The notes: generated by a model not told the origin, from the sequence alone. Numbered from the stretch's first letter, positions 26,949 through 38,519 are shown. The stretch: 64,000 bases of DNA from Patescibacteria group bacterium (GCA_028716665.1 JAQUPP010000002.1:75717-139716), one strand, 5' to 3'. Numbers and translations are program-made.

Positions 26949-28352
26949 TTACAAAGTGACGAAAATATAACCCTGATTTTTCAATTCTTTGATAATAATA
27001 TAAAGAGCCTTAATCGTCTCTTCGCGATTAGCTTTGTGATCTAAATTTAATCCGTCATGTAAAACAATAATTGAACCGGAGTGGACATTTTTTAAAATAT
27101 TTTTGGAAATACTTTCGGCTTTGGCATATTTAAGATAATCAGTCGTCATGTTATTCCACTCAATCATTCGTAATCCTTCTTGACGCGCGCTTTTTAACAT
27201 CGTCGGAGTGCGCCAGCCGTGCGGCGGCCTGAAAAGAGTAGGGTGTTCGCCGGTTGTTTGAAAAATAATTTCATTGGTTTGACGGATTTCTTGTTCAATG
27301 TTTTTTGCTTTTTCAAAAGGCAAACCAAAAGAATGATAATAACTGTGGTTTCCTATTTCGTGGCCTTGATCTGCAATATTTTTGGCGATATTCGGATATG
27401 TCGCCACATTGTCGCCGACTAAAAAGAAAGTCGCCTTAATATCTTCATCTTTTAAAATTTTTAAAATTTCCTCTGTATATTGGCCATTGGGGCCGTCATC
27501 AAATGTAAGCGCAACCATTTTTCGTTGATTTTTTTGGGCAGGTATTTTATTTTCCACCTTGCCGAAGAGTTGAGATCTCGGACTGCAAATTCCATAAATT
27601 ATAATAGTTAAAATAACGAAAATTTTTCCTGTGGTCAAAATTACTTTATTTTTAAAAACAAGAACGGGCTTCTTTAATATAAAAAATATACAATAATTAA
27701 TTGTATAGAGACAGATGGTTTTTAAAAATCCTGATTTTTGATAACGTCTTGCCGAGGTGGTTGCCCAAAGATTTTTAAAATAATAAACCTTGCCGACTGA
27801 AATCATTTTTTTCGTTAAATCGGCATCCTCGCCGTAAAATTTAATATCAGTGTTAAAGCCACCGATATCGGTCAGTTTATTTTTTTTAATTGCGAAATTG
27901 CCGCCGACAATCAAACGTATTAATTTTATTTTGAAACAAAAGAAGAAACCTTTGATAAAATTATTAATTGCTTTGCCGCCATCATAAAAAGTAAAAGGAT
28001 TATAAACAACTACTGCATCCCGATGAGATTTAATAAAAAAGGCTATCTTTTCCAAATAGTCTTCGGGTACGATAAAATCGGCGTCAGTATAAACCAACCA
28101 GTCGCCTTGAGCGTTTTCTAGGCCGCTTTGTCGCGCTTGTGGCAAGCCAATTCTTGGCTCGTAAATATATTTGACATTGTTTTTTTTAACAATTTCAGCC
28201 GTGTTGTCAGTGCTGGCATTATCAACAACAATAATTTCAGAGGGTTGTAATTTTTGTTTTTTAAAAGAATCTAAACAATTTTGGATATAACCGGCTTCGT
28301 TCCGGGCAGGAATGATTACGGAAAATTTTATAGAAGTTTCGTCTTTATCCAT
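26949..28352 (-). CDS. bifunctional family-2 glycosyltransferase / polysaccharide deacetylase (NodB homology) membrane protein
   Basis: N-terminal FSVIIPARNE...VDNASTDNT (GT2) and C-terminal VALTFDDGPN...HEIGNHSYYH (deacetylase), with TM segments between. Confidence 0.7.
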   Translation of the reverse strand: MDKDETSIKFSVIIPARNEAGYIQNCLDSFKKQKLQPSEIIVVDNASTDNTAEIVKKNNVKYIYEPRIGLPQARQSGLENAQGDWLVYTDADFIVPEDYLEKIAFFIKSHRDAVVVYNPFTFYDGGKAINNFIKGFFFCFKIKLIRLIVGGNFAIKKNKLTDIGGFNTDIKFYGEDADLTKKMISVGKVYYFKNLWATTSARRYQKSGFLKTICLYTINYCIFFILKKPVLVFKNKVILTTGKIFVILTIIIYGICSPRSQLFGKVENKIPAQKNQRKMVALTFDDGPNGQYTEEILKILKDEDIKATFFLVGDNVATYPNIAKNIADQGHEIGNHSYYHSFGLPFEKAKNIEQEIRQTNEIIFQTTGEHPTLFRPPHGWRTPTMLKSARQEGLRMIEWNNMTTDYLKYAKAESISKNILKNVHSGSIIVLHDGLNLDHKANREETIKALYIIIKELKNQGYIFVTL

Positions 28353-28399
28353 TTTTATTTATTATTATGAAATAAAAAATTGGGACAAATTTTTTATTA

Positions 28400-28470
28400 T
28401 CGGGATACCCGGAGTCGAACCGGGGCTGCACCCACCCCAAGGGCGCGTCCTACCGCTAGACTATACCCCG
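28400..28470 (-). tRNA. tRNA-Pro (anticodon GGG)
   Basis: Manual cloverleaf on the minus strand. Acceptor cggggta/tatcccg, anticodon loop ttGGGgt, T-loop ttcgact. Confidence 0.75.
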
Positions 28471-28521
28471 AATTAAAAACTCAAAAATAAATTTTTTAAT
28501 TTTTTATTTTTGAGTTTCAAA

Positions 28522-28692
28522 TTATTTTTTCTTCATTGCCTTCGCGCATCTGGTACAAACTTTCACCCTCTTGCCAGAAATCGTTTTTGTCTGTAAATTT
28601 ATAAACTGTCTCTTTAAGGTGTGAACCTTGGAATGCGATCGGGAAGCGTCTGTTGACGGTCCGCGTTTGCAAATTGAACAAGTTCTAGACAT
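28522..28692 (-). CDS. rpmB: 50S ribosomal protein L28
   Basis: MSRTCSICKRGPSTDASRSHS...KRQFINLQ...VKVCTRCAKA matches the bL28 family. Too short for the ORF track. Confidence 0.65.
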   Translation of the reverse strand: MSRTCSICKRGPSTDASRSHSKVHTLKRQFINLQTKTISGKRVKVCTRCAKAMKKK

Positions 28693-28744
28693 AAAATTAA
28701 ATTGATTATAATTAATGTTTTAATAATAACAGAAAGTTAAAAAT

Positions 28745-29353
28745 TTGACAAGTATGTTTTTTCTTTTAATCATCATTTTCTCGGCCATTATTCATGAATA
28801 TATGCACGCTTGGACAGCGGATCGCTTGGGCGACCCCACGGCCAAATTAATGGGACGATTAACTTTAAATCCTTTGGCGCATATTGAATTGTTCGGGACT
28901 ATTTTAATGCCCTTCTTATTATATGTTTTATCAGGCGGACGTTTTTTAATCGCCTCCGCCAAACCGGTTCCCATTAATCCGAACGCTTTAAGCAATAAAA
29001 AATACGGAATGGCGATTGTCGGCGCAGCCGGACCTTTGGCGAATTTTATAGTTGCCTTAATTTTCGGTTTGATAATCAGGGTTTTACCTCCAAGTTCCTT
29101 TACTTCTTTTTTGAGTATTATTGTTTACGCAAATATTTTATTATTTGTTTTTAATTTGATTCCGGTTCCGCCGCTTGACGGTTCAAGAATTTTATTTGCT
29201 TTTCTGCCGCCTCGTTTTCAATATTATTCTTTGGTTATAGAACGCTATGGTTTTATGATTTCATTGATTGTCGCTTTCCTGATTTTTCAACTGATTCAAC
29301 CGATTATGTTTTGGATTTATCATTTACTTGTCGGTCGGTCATTATTATTTTAA
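28745..29353 (+). CDS. M50-family (site-2 protease-like) integral membrane zinc metalloprotease
   Basis: HEYMHA HExxH motif in a TM helix. Polytopic membrane protein. Confidence 0.55.
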   Translation: MTSMFFLLIIIFSAIIHEYMHAWTADRLGDPTAKLMGRLTLNPLAHIELFGTILMPFLLYVLSGGRFLIASAKPVPINPNALSNKKYGMAIVGAAGPLANFIVALIFGLIIRVLPPSSFTSFLSIIVYANILLFVFNLIPVPPLDGSRILFAFLPPRFQYYSLVIERYGFMISLIVAFLIFQLIQPIMFWIYHLLVGRSLLF

Positions 29354-29425
29354 TTTGACTTGACAAGATTTTTAGATAGTTTACAATATTTAATTACTAT
29401 CTAAACTAACTTAAATTTTTTTAGT

Positions 29426-29845
29426 ATGCCAACTATAAATCAATTAGTAAAAAGAGGAAGAAAAAAAGCTGTTAAGAAATCCAAAAGTGTCGCATTGCAG
29501 ACAACTTTTAATGTTCTAACAAGAAGAAGAAAAAGTGCACCGTCCGGACATCCGTTTTTAAGAGGTGTTTGTTTAAAAGTGACAACCATGACACCTAAAA
29601 AACCAAACTCCGCTCTTCGAAAAATCGCCAGGCTTAGATTATCCAATGGAATGGAAGTTACCGCTTATATTCCGGGAATCGGCCATAATCTTCAAGAGCA
29701 TTCAGTGGTTATGATAAAAGGCGGAAAAGTTAAAGATTTGCCAGGTGTTCGTTATCATATTGTTCGCGGTGTTTATGATGCCAGCGGCGTTGAAGGACGA
29801 AAACAGAGCCGAAGTCTTTATGGTGCTAAAAAAACTAAAAAATAA
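29426..29845 (+). CDS. rpsL: 30S ribosomal protein S12
   Basis: [12 protein letters not shown]...[10 protein letters not shown]. Confidence 0.95.
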   Translation: MPTINQLVKRGRKKAVKKSKSVALQTTFNVLTRRRKSAPSGHPFLRGVCLKVTTMTPKKPNSALRKIARLRLSNGMEVTAYIPGIGHNLQEHSVVMIKGGKVKDLPGVRYHIVRGVYDASGVEGRKQSRSLYGAKKTKK

Positions 29846-29878
29846 AATCAAGTTTAATTTATTTATTTAATTTAAAGT

Positions 29879-30349
29879 ATGAGAGGAAAACAATCTATAA
29901 AAAGAAAAATTTTACCGGATATCAAATATAATTCGTTAAAGTTGGCGAAATTCATTAACTATATAATGGAAAGGGGAAAGAAAACAACTGCCCAAAAAAT
30001 AGTTTATGGCGCGATTGATATTTTGGCCAAACAAAACAATAAAGACGGATTAGAAGTTTTTAATCAAGCCATGGAAAATATTTCTCCAATGGTTGAATTG
30101 AGATCTCGCAGAGTTGGCGGAGCCAACTATCAAGTTCCGGTTCAAACTACTGAAGATCGCCGTTTTGTCTTGGCTTCACGCTGGATAATTGAAGCAGCCA
30201 GAAATCGCAAAGGCAAGGCTATGGCTGAGAAATTAGCCCAAGAAATGACAGATGCCTTGAATAATCAAGGATTGGCAATCAAAAAAAAGGACGATGTTTA
30301 TCGTATGGCTGAAGCAAATAAGGCTTTTGCTCATTTTGCTCAATATTAA
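29879..30349 (+). CDS. rpsG: 30S ribosomal protein S7
   Basis: Conserved S7 sequence and operon position. Confidence 0.9.
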   Translation: MRGKQSIKRKILPDIKYNSLKLAKFINYIMERGKKTTAQKIVYGAIDILAKQNNKDGLEVFNQAMENISPMVELRSRRVGGANYQVPVQTTEDRRFVLASRWIIEAARNRKGKAMAEKLAQEMTDALNNQGLAIKKKDDVYRMAEANKAFAHFAQY

Positions 30350-30360
30350 TTTTAAATTTT

Positions 30361-32460
30361 ATGCCCAGAGAATATAGTTTACATCAAACACGTAATATAG
30401 GTATTATCGCTCATATTGACGCCGGTAAAACCACAGTTTCCGAGCGTATTTTATATTATACCGGTAAAAAACATAAAATCGGAGAAGTTCATGAAGGCGC
30501 AGCTGAAATGGATTGGATGGTTCAAGAAAGAGAAAGGGGGGTAACAATTACTGCCGCGGCCACCACGGTTTTTTGGCAAGTTCCAGGAGAAGAATTAGTC
30601 CGCATCAATCTTATCGACACTCCGGGCCATATTGATTTTACGGCCGAAGTTCAGAGATCTTTAAGAGTTTTGGATGGCGGCGTAGTGGTTTTTGACGGAG
30701 TCGCCGGTGTAGAACCGCAATCAGAAACTGTTTATCATCAGGCGGAAAAATTTAAAGTGCCTTTAATTGCTTTTGTTAATAAAATGGACAGAATGGGCGC
30801 GGATTTTTATGCTGACATCGCTTCTATTCATGAAAGATTAACGCCAAGTGCCCGACCGGTTCAATTGCCGATTGGCGCTGAGTCTAATTTTAAAGGCATT
30901 ATTGATTTATTCACTCGTAGAGCCACTGTATATTATGATGAAATGGGAAAAGATATGAGAGAAGAAGATGTGCCTCAAGACATGAAAGAATTAGTTGAAA
31001 AATACAGAGCGGAATTGATTGAAGCCATTGTTGAACAAGATGATAAATTAATGCAGCAATATTTGGGTGGTAAAGAACCGCCAATAGAAGAATTAAAAAA
31101 AGTTTTACGCCAGGCAGTTATTAATAATAAAATAATGCCGGTTTTTTGCGGTTCAGCTTTAAAAAATAAAGGAGTTCAATCATTATTGGACGGAATTTGC
31201 ACATATTTGCCTTCACCATTGGATGTTCCTCCGCTCGAAGGTACGGTTCCGGATACTGATAAAAAAGAGATTCGTAAAGCTGATGATAACGAACCGTTCT
31301 CCGCTTTGGCTTTTAAAATCGCCACTGATCCGTTTGTGGGAAGATTATGTTATTTTAGAGTTTATTCCGGCCATTTGCCGGCAGGTTCTTATATTTTAAA
31401 TACTACGACCGGTAATAAAGAAAGAGTCAGCAGAATCGTAAGAATGCACGCCAATCAAAGAGATGAAATCAATGAAGTTTTTGCCGGAGACATTGCCGCC
31501 ATTGTCGGTATTAAAAATACCCGCACCGGCGACACGCTTTGTGATCCCGATCATCCGATTACTTTGGAGAATATCGTTTTCCCGGAACCGGTTATCTCTA
31601 TTGCCGTTGAACCGAAAACTAAAATTGATCAAGAAAAAATGGGTGTGGTTATTTCAAAATTGGTTGAAGAAGATCCAACATTTAAAGTTAAAGTTGATGA
31701 AAATACCGGCCAAACTATTATTTCCGGAATGGGAGAATTTCATTTGGAAATTATCGTTGATAGATTAAAAAGAGAATTCAAAGTTGATGTCAACGTCGGT
31801 CAGCCGCAAGTTGCTTATAAAGAAACAATTAGTCAAAAAGTGGAAATTCAAGGAAAATATGTTCATCAATCAGGTGGACGCGGTCAATACGGAGATTGTT
31901 GGTTAAGATTGGAACCACTTGAAAGAGGCAAGGGTTTTGAATTTGTTGACGAAATTAAAGGTGGTACGATTCCCAGAGAATATATTCCGGCTGTTAAAAA
32001 GGGTGTCATAGAATCAATGGCAAACGGCGTTTTAGCCGGCTTCCCGTTGGTTGATATGAAGGTTGCCGTGTTCGACGGTTCTTATCACGAAGTTGATTCT
32101 TCGGAAGCAGCGTTTAAAATTGCCGCTTCAAGAGCCATTAAAGAAGGAACCTTAAAAGCAAAACCTGTTTTATTAGAACCGGTAATGAAAATTGAAGTAT
32201 TGGTTCCGGAAAAATTCATGGGAGAAATTATTGGCGATCTTAATTCTCGACGCGCTCAAATTCAAGGGACAAGAACTCGCGGACAAATGAGAGTAATTGA
32301 CGCAACCGTACCGCTTGGAGAAATGTTCAGTTATACGACTGTTTTGAGATCTTTGACTGAAGGCAGAGGAAACTCAAATTTGGAATTTTCCAATTATGCC
32401 GAAGTGCCGATGAATGTTCAAAATAAAATTGTTGAAAAAGGAAAATCAACCATCAAATAA
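30361..32460 (+). CDS. fusA: elongation factor G
   Basis: [13 protein letters not shown]-domain, full length. Confidence 0.95.
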   Translation: MPREYSLHQTRNIGIIAHIDAGKTTVSERILYYTGKKHKIGEVHEGAAEMDWMVQERERGVTITAAATTVFWQVPGEELVRINLIDTPGHIDFTAEVQRSLRVLDGGVVVFDGVAGVEPQSETVYHQAEKFKVPLIAFVNKMDRMGADFYADIASIHERLTPSARPVQLPIGAESNFKGIIDLFTRRATVYYDEMGKDMREEDVPQDMKELVEKYRAELIEAIVEQDDKLMQQYLGGKEPPIEELKKVLRQAVINNKIMPVFCGSALKNKGVQSLLDGICTYLPSPLDVPPLEGTVPDTDKKEIRKADDNEPFSALAFKIATDPFVGRLCYFRVYSGHLPAGSYILNTTTGNKERVSRIVRMHANQRDEINEVFAGDIAAIVGIKNTRTGDTLCDPDHPITLENIVFPEPVISIAVEPKTKIDQEKMGVVISKLVEEDPTFKVKVDENTGQTIISGMGEFHLEIIVDRLKREFKVDVNVGQPQVAYKETISQKVEIQGKYVHQSGGRGQYGDCWLRLEPLERGKGFEFVDEIKGGTIPREYIPAVKKGVIESMANGVLAGFPLVDMKVAVFDGSYHEVDSSEAAFKIAASRAIKEGTLKAKPVLLEPVMKIEVLVPEKFMGEIIGDLNSRRAQIQGTRTRGQMRVIDATVPLGEMFSYTTVLRSLTEGRGNSNLEFSNYAEVPMNVQNKIVEKGKSTIK

Positions 32461-32610
32461 TTTGTGGGTTTGTTGTGGAAAAGTAAGTATTGTCAAATTA
32501 AAATTAAAATAGTATACTTAACAGAATAATAATTTAAATTAATATTTTTAATTCGCGACTAATAAAATTTAAAAAGTAGTTCGCGATTAATTAATGAGGT
32601 AAATAAAAAT

Positions 32611-33816
32611 ATGGCAGAAAAAGAAAAATTTCAAAGAAATAAATCTCACGTCAATGTTGGTACTATTGGACACGTTGACCATGGTAAGACCACTTTAACT
32701 GCGGCTATTTTGCAATGTTTAAGAGCCAGCGGTATGAAAGCTGAAAATAGGTCTATTGACCAAATTGATAATGCCCCGGAAGAAAGAGAAAGAGGTATTA
32801 CCATTGCTTTGGCTCACGTAGAATATGAAACAGCAAAACGTCATTATGCCCATATCGATTGTCCGGGCCATGCTGACTATATTAAAAACATGATCACCGG
32901 TGCTGCTCAAATGGATGGAGCAATTTTGGTCGTTTCCGCTGCTGATGGTCCAATGCCGCAAACAAGAGAGCACATTCTTTTGGCTCGCCAAGTAGGCGTG
33001 CCGGCCATTGTCGTTTTCTTAAATAAAACAGATATGGTTGATGATAAAGAATTCATTGAATTGGCTAAAGAAGAAGTAAAAGATTTACTTAGAAAAAATG
33101 AATTCCCGGCTGATGAAATTCCTTTTATCGAAGGTTCAGCTTTGAAAGCCTTGGAATGCAAATGCGGTAAAGCAGATTGTCCTCACTGCGGCCCGATTTT
33201 AAAATTAGTGGAAGCTTTGGACAGTTATGTTCCTGAGCCAAAAAGAGATACTGACAAACCTTTCTTAATGCCTATTGAAGATATTTTCTCCATTGAAGGA
33301 AGAGGCACTGTTGTGACTGGTAGAATTGAGAGAGGAGTGGTTAAAGTGGGCGATGAAGTTGAAATTATCGGTATCAGACCAACAATAAAAACAACTGTTA
33401 TCGGCATTGAAATGTTTAGAAAATCATTAGATGAAGGTATGGCGGGCGATAATGCCGGTATACTTTTACGCGGTATCAAGAAAGAAGATGTGGAGAGAGG
33501 TCAGGTTATCGTTAAACCGGGCACTGTTGTTCCTCATTCTGAATTTGAAGGAAAGGTTTATATTCTTTCAAAAGAAGACGGAGGCAGACACACTCCATTC
33601 TTTAATGGTTATAAACCGCAATTTTATATCAGAACAACTGATGTGACCGGTGACGCTACTCTTCCGGAAGGAACAGAAATGGCCATGCCTGGAGATACGA
33701 TTAATTTGAATATTAAATTGATCAAACAGGTCGCCTTGGAAGAACAACAGAAATTCGCTATTCGTGAAGGCGGAAAGACTGTTGGCGCGGGCGTCGTAAC
33801 TAAAATAATTAAATAA
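32611..33816 (+). CDS. tuf: elongation factor Tu (carries a Cys4 insertion [11 protein letters not shown])
   Basis: GHVDHGKTT and DCPGHADY motifs. Full length. Confidence 0.95.
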   Translation: MAEKEKFQRNKSHVNVGTIGHVDHGKTTLTAAILQCLRASGMKAENRSIDQIDNAPEERERGITIALAHVEYETAKRHYAHIDCPGHADYIKNMITGAAQMDGAILVVSAADGPMPQTREHILLARQVGVPAIVVFLNKTDMVDDKEFIELAKEEVKDLLRKNEFPADEIPFIEGSALKALECKCGKADCPHCGPILKLVEALDSYVPEPKRDTDKPFLMPIEDIFSIEGRGTVVTGRIERGVVKVGDEVEIIGIRPTIKTTVIGIEMFRKSLDEGMAGDNAGILLRGIKKEDVERGQVIVKPGTVVPHSEFEGKVYILSKEDGGRHTPFFNGYKPQFYIRTTDVTGDATLPEGTEMAMPGDTINLNIKLIKQVALEEQQKFAIREGGKTVGAGVVTKIIK

Positions 33817-33875
33817 ATCTTTTATTCAACCCCCTAAATCTTAGGGGGTTGAAAAGATTTTGTTCTTTATATCAA

Positions 33876-34229
33876 ATGTCAGAAGAAAAAAAGAAAATTA
33901 AACAAACTCAAAAAGAAGCTGATTTTAAGCCGCGTATTCGCATTAAAGTTAAATCATATGACCATCGTGTCATTGATGAAGCTTTGAAAAGCATTATTGA
34001 AGCGGTAAAAAGATCCGATGCCAAAATTATTGGACCGATTTTTTTGCCCACTGAAATAAAAAAGTTTACTGTTTTAAGGTCTTCTTTTGTTCACAAAGAT
34101 GCGAGAGATCAATTTGAGAAGAGAATTCACAAACGATTGATTGACATCACGGATTTTGATCCGAAAACAATAGAAACTTTAACCAGTCTTCGTTTACCGG
34201 CAGGAGTGGATATAGAAATCAAGTTGTAA
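33876..34229 (+). CDS. rpsJ: 30S ribosomal protein S10
   Basis: RIRIKVKSYDHRVID. The ORF track starts at TTG 33849; ATG 33876 is preferred. Confidence 0.85.
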   Translation: MSEEKKKIKQTQKEADFKPRIRIKVKSYDHRVIDEALKSIIEAVKRSDAKIIGPIFLPTEIKKFTVLRSSFVHKDARDQFEKRIHKRLIDITDFDPKTIETLTSLRLPAGVDIEIKL

Positions 34230-34368
34230 TATTAAGTTGATTATTAATTTATTTAATTCATTTTTGAATGAAGTGATATTAAGTAAACAATTTTGGCCAG
34301 ATTACGAGCCGGGCAGGTAGCCAGGCAGAAAAAACTTGGCTTTAACCCGACTTTTTTAATAAAAAGAT

Positions 34369-34983
34369 ATGAAGTTTATTCTCGGTAAAAAAATAGAAAT
34401 GACTCAAGTTTTTCAAGACGATAATGTCGTCCCGGTGACAAAAATTGAAGCCGGTCCTTGTTGGGTCACTCAAATCAAAACGACAGAAAAAGATAAATAT
34501 GAAGCGATTCAGATTGGTTTAGGTTTGCAAAAAAAAATAAATAAGCCCCTTGGAGGACATTTAAAAAATTTGCCCGCGGAAGTGAAAACTCAGAACAGAT
34601 GGTTAAGAGAGTTTCGCGTTTCGGGTTCGGACTTGAAAATAGGGGATCAGATCAATGTTGATATTTTTCAAAAAGGAGAAAAAGTAAAAATTATCGGCAC
34701 TTCAAAAGGAAAGGGTTTTCAGGGCGGCGTAAAAAGACATGGTTTCGCCGGTGCGACAAAAAGTCACGGCACCAAGCATGCTTTGAGAGAACCGGGTTCA
34801 ATCGGCGCCACTGCTCCGCAAAGAGTTTTCAAGGGAATGAGAATGGCCGGACGAATGGGCGGCGAACAAACCACAGCTTTGAATTTGGAAATTATTGATA
34901 TTCAACCTGAAAAGAATATAATTTTAGTCAAAGGCGCAGTTCCGGGAATGAGAGGAAGTTTATTGGAAATCAAATCTTTATAA
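34369..34983 (+). CDS. rplC: 50S ribosomal protein L3
   Basis: Conserved L3 sequence. Confidence 0.9.
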   Translation: MKFILGKKIEMTQVFQDDNVVPVTKIEAGPCWVTQIKTTEKDKYEAIQIGLGLQKKINKPLGGHLKNLPAEVKTQNRWLREFRVSGSDLKIGDQINVDIFQKGEKVKIIGTSKGKGFQGGVKRHGFAGATKSHGTKHALREPGSIGATAPQRVFKGMRMAGRMGGEQTTALNLEIIDIQPEKNIILVKGAVPGMRGSLLEIKSL

Positions 34984-35006
34984 TTCAAAAATAAAATTTT
35001 TATCAG

Positions 35007-35654
35007 ATGCCAAGTACAATTACCATCTACAATCAAAACGCGGAAAAAATAGGTGAGGAAAAATTAAATTCCCATATTTTTGGCGTTAAAGCGAATAAAA
35101 GCCTTATTCATCAGGTTGTGGTTGCTCAATTGGCCAATCGACGCGGCGCTTATTCTCATACTAAAACCAGAGGACAAGTTCGCGGCGGCGGCAAAAAACC
35201 TTGGGCGCAGAAAGGAACCGGACGAGCCAGAGTCGGTTCAATTCGCAGTCCATTGTGGCGCGGCGGCGGCATTATTTTCGGGCCGACCAATGAAAGAAAT
35301 TTTTCTTTGAAAGTCAATAAAAAAGTCAAACGACAGGCGCTTTTAATGTGTTTGTCTGACAAAGTTTTGGAAAATAAATTATTCGTTTTGGATAAATTGG
35401 AAATACCGGAAATCAAAACAAAAGTTTTTGTTCAGATTTTGCAGAAATTTTTCCCTTTTGCCAAAAAATTAAAAGTAATAATTTGTCTTGAGGATAAAAA
35501 TGAGACAGCTATGAAATCAGCCAGAAACATCAAAGGAGTCAAAATTATGCCGGTGACAAATTTAAATGTTTACGATCTGTTGTCTAATGAAAATTTATTC
35601 ATTACTCTTGCGGGATTAAAGACAATAGAAAAGAATTTTAAATCCATAAAATAA
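35007..35654 (+). CDS. rplD: 50S ribosomal protein L4
   Basis: Conserved L4 sequence. Confidence 0.9.
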   Translation: MPSTITIYNQNAEKIGEEKLNSHIFGVKANKSLIHQVVVAQLANRRGAYSHTKTRGQVRGGGKKPWAQKGTGRARVGSIRSPLWRGGGIIFGPTNERNFSLKVNKKVKRQALLMCLSDKVLENKLFVLDKLEIPEIKTKVFVQILQKFFPFAKKLKVIICLEDKNETAMKSARNIKGVKIMPVTNLNVYDLLSNENLFITLAGLKTIEKNFKSIK

Positions 35655-35661
35655 ATTCAGT

Positions 35662-36072
35662 ATGTCTTTTATAAAAAAACAACCTACCAAGCCTCAAAAT
35701 ATTCCGGTTCAAAAAGAAATCGTGAAAACCGAAGAAATTCAGAAAACGGAAGAAAAACATTCAACCCCGTCTACTTCTACTAAAACCATTAAATTAGCTT
35801 ATAAAATATTGATTAAGCCGATTATAACCGAGAAAATTGCTCAACAGGAAGCGGAAGGGCGATATGCTTTTCAAGTGGCAAGAGACGCGAATAAAATCGA
35901 AGTCCGAAAAGCGATTAAAGAACTTTATCATGTTAATCCGATTAAAGTTAATATTATGAAAGTCAGCGGCAAAGCGGTCAGATACGGCAAATCAAAAGGC
36001 AGAACTGTTAATTGGAAAAAAGCTTTAGTTTTTTTAGCAAAAGGCCAAAAAATAGAATTGGCAAAAAGATAA
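35662..36072 (+). CDS. rplW: 50S ribosomal protein L23 (with an N-terminal extension of about 40 aa)
   Basis: Conserved L23 core after a low-complexity N-terminus. Confidence 0.85.
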   Translation: MSFIKKQPTKPQNIPVQKEIVKTEEIQKTEEKHSTPSTSTKTIKLAYKILIKPIITEKIAQQEAEGRYAFQVARDANKIEVRKAIKELYHVNPIKVNIMKVSGKAVRYGKSKGRTVNWKKALVFLAKGQKIELAKR

Positions 36073-36078
36073 TAATTT

Positions 36079-36921
36079 ATGCTTCAAATTTATAAACCAA
36101 CAACGCCAGGCAGGCGAAAAATGAGTATCGTCAAAAGTAAAGAATTGACGAGAGAAGAACCGAATAGGGGTTTGATTAATATAAAAAAATCAAGAGCCGG
36201 CAGAAGTCATGGACGGATAGCGGTCAGACATCAAGGAGCGGGAGAAAAAAAATTCTACCGACAAATTGATTTTAAACAAGATAAATTTAATATTCCCGGT
36301 AAAGTGGCAAGATTGGAATATGATCCGAATCGCACTTGCTGGATCGCTTTAATTTTTTATCCTGATGGAGAAAAAAGATATATTCTGGCTCCGGATAAAC
36401 TTAAAGTCGGCGATACAGTGATGAGCTCAAAAGAAAAGATTGAGCCACAAACAGGGAACAGAATGCCTCTAAAATTTATACCTACGGGTTATAATATTTG
36501 CAACATTGAATTGCAACCGGGCACAGGCGGACAAATTGTAAGATCCGCGGGCGCGCTCGCAACTTTAATGACTTATGAAGGAAAATACGTCGGCGTAAAA
36601 TTACCTTCAAGTGAAAGAAGGTTAATTTCAGAAAATTGTTCAGCAACAATCGGACAAGTTTCCAATCCGGAATGGCAGCATACTAATTGGGGCAAAGCGG
36701 GCAGAATGCGTCACAGAGGAATCAGACCGTCAGTCAGAGGAAAGGCGATGGCTCCTGTTGCTCATCCGCACGGCGGAGGCGAAGGCCATTCTCCAATCGG
36801 TATGGTTGCTCCTAAAACTCCATGGGGAAAGCCGGCTTTAGGCGTCAAAACACGCAATAAAAAGAAATGGACAAATAAATATATTATTAACCGAAGAGTT
36901 AAAAAGGTTAGAAAAAAATAA
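36079..36921 (+). CDS. rplB: 50S ribosomal protein L2
   Basis: Conserved L2 sequence. Confidence 0.95.
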   Translation: MLQIYKPTTPGRRKMSIVKSKELTREEPNRGLINIKKSRAGRSHGRIAVRHQGAGEKKFYRQIDFKQDKFNIPGKVARLEYDPNRTCWIALIFYPDGEKRYILAPDKLKVGDTVMSSKEKIEPQTGNRMPLKFIPTGYNICNIELQPGTGGQIVRSAGALATLMTYEGKYVGVKLPSSERRLISENCSATIGQVSNPEWQHTNWGKAGRMRHRGIRPSVRGKAMAPVAHPHGGGEGHSPIGMVAPKTPWGKPALGVKTRNKKKWTNKYIINRRVKKVRKK

Positions 36922-36924
36922 AAT

Positions 36925-37269
36925 ATGAGTAGAAGTCTTAAAAAGGGTCCGTGGATTGATCCTAAATTACTTAAAAAAATATCAAACTTAAAACCCGGAG
37001 ACAAAACAATTATTAAAACTTGGTCCAGGGGATCAGTTGTTGTGCCGGAAATGGTGGGTTTTACTATTGCCATTCATAATGGCAAAATTCACGTACCATT
37101 GCTTATTATTGAAAATATGATTGGCCATAAATTGGGAGAGTTTGTTTTGACCAGAAAATTTGTCAGACATGGTGGCAAGATGCAAAAAGAAATGGAACAA
37201 TCAGCGAGTATTGCCGCCGGCGCCAAAACTCAGGCTTCTCAAGTTGCTCCGCCAGCCGCTAAAAAATAA
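36925..37269 (+). CDS. rpsS: 30S ribosomal protein S19
   Basis: [16 protein letters not shown]. Confidence 0.9.
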   Translation: MSRSLKKGPWIDPKLLKKISNLKPGDKTIIKTWSRGSVVVPEMVGFTIAIHNGKIHVPLLIIENMIGHKLGEFVLTRKFVRHGGKMQKEMEQSASIAAGAKTQASQVAPPAAKK

Positions 37270-37275
37270 AAAATT

Positions 37276-37869
37276 ATGAAAATATCCGTTACTACAAAAC
37301 ATTTGAAAATGTCTCCTAAAAAAATGCGACAAGTTGTCGCCGTGATTAGGAATATGGATGTTACGGACGCGATAGATCAATTGAATTTTATTCCGCGAAA
37401 AGCCAGTCTTTTGATATTAAAAACTTTAAAATCAGGCATTGCCAATGCTCAACATAATTTCAATTTGAAAAAAGAAAATCTTTTTATAAAAGAAATTTTT
37501 GTCAATCAAGGCCCGGTGTTAAAGAGATTTACTTCCAAGGCTTTTGGACGGGTGGGGGATATACACAAAAGAAGTTCTGATTTAACGATATTTTTAGATG
37601 AAAGAGTCGCTTCGAAAAATATAAAACCGATAACTCAAAAATTGGATAAAATCGTTCCGGAGTCGCAAGCAAAAGAAGAAGATAAGCCAATGGACAGAAT
37701 CTCCGATGAAATTTCCGATTCAAAACCGAATAAGGAATTTTCAAAACCAAAAGAACAGAAAATCTTTGATGCTCATCGAAAAGGTAAATATAAGCCAGGA
37801 GGAAATAAAGATAAAAGTAAAAATACAGGTGGTACGCTTAAAAGATTATTTAATAGAAAAAGTATTTAA
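37276..37869 (+). CDS. rplV: 50S ribosomal protein L22 (with a lysine-rich C-terminal extension of about 80 aa)
   Basis: L22 core in the N-terminal 115 aa. Confidence 0.85.
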   Translation: MKISVTTKHLKMSPKKMRQVVAVIRNMDVTDAIDQLNFIPRKASLLILKTLKSGIANAQHNFNLKKENLFIKEIFVNQGPVLKRFTSKAFGRVGDIHKRSSDLTIFLDERVASKNIKPITQKLDKIVPESQAKEEDKPMDRISDEISDSKPNKEFSKPKEQKIFDAHRKGKYKPGGNKDKSKNTGGTLKRLFNRKSI

Positions 37870-37877
37870 TATATAGT

Positions 37878-38513
37878 ATGGGACATAAAGTTAATCCAAA
37901 AATTTTTCGTATACCGGTCATTAGAGAATGGGAATCAAAATGGTTTGCCAAAGACTTGAAATTTAGGCAATTCTTGAAAGAAGATGTGTTGATGAGAAAA
38001 TTTTTGGCTAAAAAATTTAAAAATTGCGGCATTTCCAAAGTTATTATTGAAAGATCGGTTAATATTATAAGAATTATTATTCATACGGCCAAACCGGGAT
38101 TGATCATCGGCAAGGGAGGTATTGATATTGAAAAACTTAAGACAGAATTAAAAAAGAGTTTTATTCCAAAAGATATTTCGCTTGAAGTTAATGTTCTTGA
38201 AGAAGGCGCTCCGATGTTGTCGGCTGCTTGCTTGCTTGAAACCGCGATTGCCGAAGTGGAAAAAAGAACTCCAATTCGCCGAGTAATGAAAAAAACTCTC
38301 AAGGTAGCGCAAACTGGCGGAGCATTGGGAGCTAAAATTGTTGTAGGAGGAAGATTGGGAGGAGCTGAAATCGCCAGAGTTGAAAAATTAACTTGGGGTA
38401 AACTCCCACTTCATACATTAAGAGCGGATATAGATTATTCCAGGGGAGTCGCCCATACTCTTTATGGAGCGATAGGCCTAAAAGTTTGGGTTTATAAAGG
38501 ATTAAAATTTTAA
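37878..38513 (+). CDS. rpsC: 30S ribosomal protein S3
   Basis: MGHKVNPKIFR KH domain. Confidence 0.9.
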   Translation: MGHKVNPKIFRIPVIREWESKWFAKDLKFRQFLKEDVLMRKFLAKKFKNCGISKVIIERSVNIIRIIIHTAKPGLIIGKGGIDIEKLKTELKKSFIPKDISLEVNVLEEGAPMLSAACLLETAIAEVEKRTPIRRVMKKTLKVAQTGGALGAKIVVGGRLGGAEIARVEKLTWGKLPLHTLRADIDYSRGVAHTLYGAIGLKVWVYKGLKF

Positions 38514-38519
38514 TTAGGT

